From the NCBI GenBank assembly GCA_965227295.1, contig OZ245742.1:1920001-1984000 (forward strand): 64,000 nucleotides of DNA. The letters are read 5' to 3'. Each line of letters starts with the position of its first letter. Position 1 is the stretch's first letter. This stretch comes from Leptonemataceae bacterium. Its GTDB lineage: Bacteria; Spirochaetota; Leptospiria; Leptospirales; Leptonemataceae. Of the stretch, positions 58,622-64,000 are shown piece by piece. The position numbers and the translations under genes are program-made. Below the pieces are notes generated by a model. It did not search any database. It saw nothing but the letters and a program-made list of their open reading frames with translations, and was not told the origin of the DNA.

Positions 58622-59896
58622 ATGTGGCTGAGCGGAATCTGGGCCGCCGCCGGGATCTATGCCGTCCTGAAAATCCTGGATCCCGCGGAACTGGCAGGGC
58701 TTCCCTGGTTCGAGCTGATTGCCATCATGGCCTTTTGGTCGTTCGTGATCGTGCTCACAAACCATGCCTTCCTGAGTGGGCGCTGGTCGTTTCAACGCTG
58801 GCGTGATTGGGCTCCGTACACGATCGGTGTGACGGCGTGCCTGGCCATCGGTTATTTGGCCGCGCATTCCCTGCGCTACGCCGTGGTCTGGTTGATCCTG
58901 CTGTGCGGCGGACACCTTATGTTGGTGGGATTCCTCGGAAGGCGCGTCCTGGCCGTGAGCATCGGGGTCACTTCGCTTACGTTGTGGTTGTCGTACCTGA
59001 CGTTGGGACATCCGTTGAGCTACGAGGCCGTCGTCTTTCTGGGCTTGCTCCCCGTCTTGATGCTCCTGTTTTTGTCGTGGCTCTACATTACCTCGGAGTT
59101 CGTCCGCGATCAAAGCGAAACCATCCGCCGCCTTCTGCGCGACTCGCGCCGGGACAAACGCATCATTCAAGATGAGCGCCGCAAATCCGACAATCTGCTC
59201 TTGAACATTCTGCCCGCCATCGTTGCGGACGAACTCAAAGAAACCGGCGCTACCCGACCCGTGCAGTACGATTCCGTTTCCGTGATGTTTACCGACTTCA
59301 AAGGATTTACGCGAGTCGCCGAGACCATGCAACCGCAGGATCTCATCGCCGAACTGGATCGTTGCTTTTCATTTTTTGACGCGCTTACCGAACGCCACAA
59401 CCTGGAGAAGCTCAAGACCATCGGTGACTCGTTCATGTGCGCGGGCGGTCTGCCGGAGATCAATGCAAGCCACGCCGTGGACTGCGTGCTGGCGGCCCTG
59501 GAGATTCAGGCGTTTATGAACCAGATGAAAGAACTCAAGCGCGAACAAGGCCTTCCGTATTGGGAACTGCGCCTCGGTATTCATTCGGGACCGGTGGTGG
59601 CCGGAGTGATCGGTGAAAAGAAGTTCGCTTATGATGTCTGGGGCGACACGGTCAACACGGCGTCGCGCATGGAGTCTTCCGGCACGCCGGGAATGGTAAA
59701 CGTCTCCGGCGCAACCTGGGAGCTGGTGCGAGACTTTTTCGTGGGCGAACATCGCGGGTTGGTGAATGCGAAACACAAGGGCGAGATCGACATGTATTAC
59801 GTAACCGGTATTCAATCGCACTTAAGCCGGGACGCCGCCGGCCGGGTTCCGAACGGAACATTTCAGGAATACTACGGAGCCCTTACGCGCAGTTAA
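58622..59896 (+). CDS. Membrane-bound class III adenylate/guanylate cyclase
   Basis: About six hydrophobic helices, LLLNILP, FTDFKGFT, KTIGDSFM and YDVWGDTVNTASRMES. Start uncertain. Confidence 0.93.
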   Translation: MWLSGIWAAAGIYAVLKILDPAELAGLPWFELIAIMAFWSFVIVLTNHAFLSGRWSFQRWRDWAPYTIGVTACLAIGYLAAHSLRYAVVWLILLCGGHLMLVGFLGRRVLAVSIGVTSLTLWLSYLTLGHPLSYEAVVFLGLLPVLMLLFLSWLYITSEFVRDQSETIRRLLRDSRRDKRIIQDERRKSDNLLLNILPAIVADELKETGATRPVQYDSVSVMFTDFKGFTRVAETMQPQDLIAELDRCFSFFDALTERHNLEKLKTIGDSFMCAGGLPEINASHAVDCVLAALEIQAFMNQMKELKREQGLPYWELRLGIHSGPVVAGVIGEKKFAYDVWGDTVNTASRMESSGTPGMVNVSGATWELVRDFFVGEHRGLVNAKHKGEIDMYYVTGIQSHLSRDAAGRVPNGTFQEYYGALTRS

Positions 59897-59908
59897 ATCG
59901 AAGCGCTT

Positions 59909-60800
59909 ACGCCGCAAGAAACGATCCGGTAGCTGAGTCGCAAACCGACGTCCGGGTCGAACGCAGCATGCTTTGCAAAACGAAAGTCCACAACTCCCGC
60001 TCAGCCGTAGCCATAAAAACCCCTTCACTATGCTGCAACTTACCTTGTGTGTCTCACGGCAAACGTCGCGAACCACAGCTCTTGAACTACCGGAAATGTT
60101 CTTATTCGTTCAAGCACGCCCCGCGTCGTGGTGTAAGTAGCGGCGAGTGTACATTAAGGCTGTTATGGTTACGGCTGGTTCCAGCTAACGAGCGGAGGTC
60201 ATGCCGGGGATATGTGGGGCGCGCACCGGAACGGCGTCTTCTCTTCGGAATCCATCCCGCGAATCCGCACCCCGGAGCCCCGCTCTATCCGCGGGGCGGA
60301 GCGGGTGCGGGTTCGCGATAGCTGAGTCGCAGAACCAACGTCCGGGTCGAACGCAGCATGCTTCGCAAAACGAAAATCCACAACTCCCGCTTCGCCGTAG
60401 CCAAAAAAATCCTTTTAAAGTTTGGCGACTGATTCCCTTTTTTTACGGCAAACGCAACGAGCCGCAGCTCTTGAACTACCGGAAACGTTTTATTCGTTCG
60501 CACACGCCCCGAATCGTGGTGTAAGTGGTGGCCAGTTTGCATTAAGACTTTTTTGGGTACGGCTGGTTCCAGCAGATGAACGGAGGTCATGCCGGGGAAT
60601 GTGGTAAGGCGCACCGGAACGGCGTCTTCGCCGCAAGAAACGCGACGGGAGATGAGTCGCACAACCAGCGTCCGGGTCGAGGCGGACTATCTTAACAAAG
60701 CGACATACCACAAATCCGAAGAGCCGTAGCAAACAAATCCCCGTCACCATTGCGCGACTTACTTCATGTTTCTCACGGCAACGGTTGCGAGCCGCAGTTC
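59909..60800 (-). repeat. Array 3 of the 330-bp structured repeat family (about 2.5 units, inverted; periods 390 and 330 bp)
   Basis: tccacaactcccgctcagccgtagcc at 59987, variants at 60377 and about 60707; ctggttccagc at 60175 and 60563. Confidence 0.93.
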
Positions 60801-60816
60801 CGGGGGCGGATTCGAC

Positions 60817-62715
60817 CTACTCTTTTCCCGTTACGGCCAGGCCGCTTACGTGGAATACCGTAGCTTTCACCAGGTAATCCTTAAGAATTCCCGCGAGTTT
60901 GTGGTCGAGACTCGACGGATTGCCGTCGTTCAGGATCTCGTCGATCTTCGGGCGCAGCCACTGAAGTTGGTGCGGATAGCGGGCGTCCCGGCGAAACAGG
61001 ACGATGGTATCCCGGCTGTGTTCGTCGATGGAGAGCTGTTTAAACTCGGCGTCCTCAAGGAACTTCTGCAACTTGCGGCTGTCGCTCATACCGAGGCTGC
61101 TTGCGAGCTCCGAGAACGTGGCCACGTGGCCGTCCTGGTAGATCTTTTCCACGGCGGCGGTGACGTTTTCTATGGTGAGCAGGCTTTCGTCGGGAGCGCC
61201 GGGTGTCGCGGTACTGCCGGCCGCGCCGTTCGGATTCGAACGCACGGCGGGCGCGAACTCCGGCGGACGCATGGCGTTTTCCACGGCGAGGCCGTGCTGT
61301 TCTTCGCGCATTTTGTTCTCGCCGTAACGCAAGCAGAAGTTCACCAGGAAGGGCAGGCCCATCAAAAGACGCAGCAGGAACGGCAGATAGTTCGTGTAAA
61401 CCTTCTTCTGCAGTTCGGCAAAGACCGGCATGAAGTCGTCGTCGAAGAAGAGGGTCTTCAGGGTTTTTTCCCGATGCGCCTCGATGAGCCCCAGCAGGGC
61501 GCCCAACTGCCATTGCGGGGTCCCCGGTATTCGCATGAATTCACTAACTAACGTTTTTATGATGTTAAAGTCCCGCGGCGCGAAGACGTGCATGCGCCGG
61601 CCTTTGGTCTCCCAGAGGGCGTGCAGGATTTCGTCCGGCCGCGTGGTGATCGCCTGCCAGACCACCGGATGGTACTCGTAGCGTTCTTTTTCCGAGAGAA
61701 AACGCAGCGACTTGCGCAGGGTCCCTTCCCGGGAATAGAGCAGGTCCCGGAATTCCTCAATGCTCTTGCGGATGCGTTCTTTCCATTGGGATTGTTTCGC
61801 GTAACGTACGCGCTCGTAAAGTTTGCGTACGAAGCGTGCGGCCAGGAGGTTCGGTGCATTGTCGTCGTGCTGGAGGATGAGATCCGCGCGTTTGAGATCC
61901 AGTTCCACGGTGGGCTCGGCGTCCGGGATGCGCTGGTGTTCCGTTTCCGAGCGCCGGACTTCTTCTACCGTGCGCGCGAGATCCGGATGCTCCTCGGCGA
62001 GGCGCGTGACCGCCGTACGCAGATGACCCGCGGCCGCATCGTACCAGTCGGCATACTTCTTTTCCGGAAACGGGACAATGCTCTGCTCGTCGAACTCCAC
62101 CGCGCGGTCCCGGGCCAGGAGTCGCGTGCGGACATCCGTCGCGAAGATTTTCAGGAAGTCCTGGCGAATGGGGAAGTCTTCGGCGCCCTTTTTTGCCAGG
62201 CGCAGGATCGTCTCCTCGTCGATCAGGATTCCGTCTTCATCGAGGAAACGTCCCTCGCCCTGGAGCAGGTTCTGTAATCCGGCGATGGAATCCAGGGACT
62301 CGACCCACAGCTCGATCTGTTTCATGGAACGTTCGAGCAGCTCTTCAAAGATGCCGGCCAGCACGCGCAGGTCCTCCCGGCGGGCGGCGAAGCACGGCTG
62401 CAATCCGAGGGCCCCGTTCCGGAACTCGAAACAGAAGAAGGCGTACATGAAATCGCCGGTGATCAGGCGGCTCAGGCTGCCCTGCAGGGCGGTCCCGGTC
62501 ATGCCGCTCTCGTCGGCGAGGGCGACCAGGCTCTCGTAGGTGGCCAGGCGGATCTCCTCCTGGTTGCCGATGCGGGTGCGCTCGCGGATGGCGCGCAGGA
62601 TACTGCGTTCTCCGCGATCGGGTTCGATACTGCGGTAGTAATCCCCGCGCTCACGCAGGGCGCTGGTGATGCGGTCCTCGAAGTGGGCCGGGACGTGATC
62701 GGGAACTGCGGCCAT
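60817..62715 (-). CDS. Hypothetical protein
   Basis: 632-aa helical, charged ORF; no motif recognised. Confidence 0.7.
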   Translation of the reverse strand: MAAVPDHVPAHFEDRITSALRERGDYYRSIEPDRGERSILRAIRERTRIGNQEEIRLATYESLVALADESGMTGTALQGSLSRLITGDFMYAFFCFEFRNGALGLQPCFAARREDLRVLAGIFEELLERSMKQIELWVESLDSIAGLQNLLQGEGRFLDEDGILIDEETILRLAKKGAEDFPIRQDFLKIFATDVRTRLLARDRAVEFDEQSIVPFPEKKYADWYDAAAGHLRTAVTRLAEEHPDLARTVEEVRRSETEHQRIPDAEPTVELDLKRADLILQHDDNAPNLLAARFVRKLYERVRYAKQSQWKERIRKSIEEFRDLLYSREGTLRKSLRFLSEKERYEYHPVVWQAITTRPDEILHALWETKGRRMHVFAPRDFNIIKTLVSEFMRIPGTPQWQLGALLGLIEAHREKTLKTLFFDDDFMPVFAELQKKVYTNYLPFLLRLLMGLPFLVNFCLRYGENKMREEQHGLAVENAMRPPEFAPAVRSNPNGAAGSTATPGAPDESLLTIENVTAAVEKIYQDGHVATFSELASSLGMSDSRKLQKFLEDAEFKQLSIDEHSRDTIVLFRRDARYPHQLQWLRPKIDEILNDGNPSSLDHKLAGILKDYLVKATVFHVSGLAVTGKE

Positions 62716-62811
62716 AGGACAACATTCCGGTAACTGGACGGTCGTCTATAGAATTTGCGAGGAATACTTGTTCCGCCCGGTTTTTCCGCTTCGCCCTATC
62801 TTGCGAAAGAT

Positions 62812-63978
62812 CTACAGCCAGAGGTTGATCAACGACGCGCCGTCGACGCGGTCCAGTTCCCGCGGTCGGCCGTATTCCAGGACCAGGGGCGCGCCGTCCG
62901 TGCCGATGTCCCAGAGCTGCCCTTTGAGAAAGACGTTGATCCCGCGGAAGATGCGGTAGCGCGGCAGTCGGGCCGGCATGGAGTATCGCATCCAGGCCTC
63001 GCCCTCACTCAGTCGGCCGACGTCGCGGGGGCTCACGTCCGCCGGGGCGTCGGCGCCGTTGTAACCCGGCCAGGGTTTGTCCCAGGCATCGTGGGCGGCG
63101 AGATGCGAGACCACCGCCACGAAGTCCGCATCCTGGCGGGCGAGGTCGGCGTAAACGTCGGGGTACCAGGCGTCCGCGCAAATCAGTACGCCCAGCCGAC
63201 CGGCCGGCGTTTCGTAGACCGGGATGCTGCCGTCGGCGTGGCCTTCCAGAAAAGCGAGTTCCTGGTTCGTGGGATAGCGTTTGCGCACGATGCGCTCCGA
63301 TACCGAACCATCCGCATAAAATACAAAGCTCACGTTTTGCAACGGCCCGCCGCCGGGAACGATGCGACCGGCCTGGACCCGCGGCTCGGGCAGGACGATG
63401 GAACCGCCGACGATGGTCAGGTTGTAACGCTGCGCCAGGCGTGAGAAGGTTCGTTGATAGGCCGCGGCCATTTCCGGGGCCCGCATACGCAGCAGGGCGG
63501 CCTGCGCGGGTTCGGCGGGCCCCGGATGCGTGCTGAGCGTGCTGATGAGTTGCGGCAGGAAGCGATGCAACCGCGTGCTGATGAGATGGCTCATGGCCGC
63601 GCTGACGTTTTCGGAAGTGTACGCGTCGGGCGGGGCGCCGATAGCCACGAGCCAGGTGCCGATCTGCTCCGGAAAGACGACGACGGTCCTGGCGGAGAGC
63701 CAGCCCCGGTGATCCTTCGCCGGGGCGAGAGTCGCGTCCAGCCGCCGCTCGAAGCTTGCCGCCGATGTGTAGTCCTGCGGCGTGAGATAAGGTTGCACTC
63801 CAAGTAAGTTACCGTTCCCGGACGGACGACCGAAGCTCTCGATGCGCTCGATCTTTGCGGGCAGGCTGGCTCCGGCGTCGGTTGTTGTGGGCGGAACGGG
63901 CGTGAGCCAGGCCGCGCGCAATAGATAGAAGCCGGCGACGCCGGCGATGAGGATGCGCAGGATGAGGGAGACGTTCAT
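62812..63978 (-). CDS. Membrane-anchored carbon-nitrogen hydrolase (nitrilase family)
   Basis: Glu-Lys-Cys triad in VVFPE, VRKRY and LICADAW; N-terminal hydrophobic helix. Confidence 0.85.
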   Translation of the reverse strand: MNVSLILRILIAGVAGFYLLRAAWLTPVPPTTTDAGASLPAKIERIESFGRPSGNGNLLGVQPYLTPQDYTSAASFERRLDATLAPAKDHRGWLSARTVVVFPEQIGTWLVAIGAPPDAYTSENVSAAMSHLISTRLHRFLPQLISTLSTHPGPAEPAQAALLRMRAPEMAAAYQRTFSRLAQRYNLTIVGGSIVLPEPRVQAGRIVPGGGPLQNVSFVFYADGSVSERIVRKRYPTNQELAFLEGHADGSIPVYETPAGRLGVLICADAWYPDVYADLARQDADFVAVVSHLAAHDAWDKPWPGYNGADAPADVSPRDVGRLSEGEAWMRYSMPARLPRYRIFRGINVFLKGQLWDIGTDGAPLVLEYGRPRELDRVDGASLINLWL

Positions 63979-64000
63979 GTCGTGGTTTCTCCGGACGGCC

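Noticed and set aside
60285-60662. Protein-coding role for the repeat units (ORFs such as 13794, 13808, 14139, 30013 and 60285)
   Set aside because: One 330-nt unit is open in frame, but other copies have 331-nt periods, indels and stops, and no RBS or synonymous bias is evident.

Overview
High-GC (visually about 60-65%) bacterial chromosome segment. It most likely comes from a Leptospirales/Leptospiraceae spirochaete, inferred from the ispE-tRNA(Gln)-glmU(N)-prs-rplY-pth-ftsH block, a stand-alone 5S rRNA gene, many lipoproteins and a transporter-Psd fusion. Contents: housekeeping genes (ftsH, pth, rplY, prs, ispE, rpmG, gltX, xseB, glmS); bfd-bfr with a Fur-type box; a five-gene type III PKS/FAAL/ACP cluster; a glycogen/alpha-glucan cluster; a vapBC cassette beside the 5S gene; a degenerate Doc/Fic-like two-gene module; two deletion pseudogenes. 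The most unusual signal is a non-coding repeat family with a unit of about 330 bp, extended to about 390 bp by optional hairpin modules. It forms head-to-tail arrays at three loci (about 13.38-14.38, 29.86-30.38 and 59.91-60.80 kb). By eye each unit folds into a long rod-like hairpin with some compensatory changes, the arrays start and stop at different phases of the unit, and they abut stop codons. No CRISPR array, transposase, integrase or reverse transcriptase was seen. All calls come from motif reading only; no database searches or folding programs were run.
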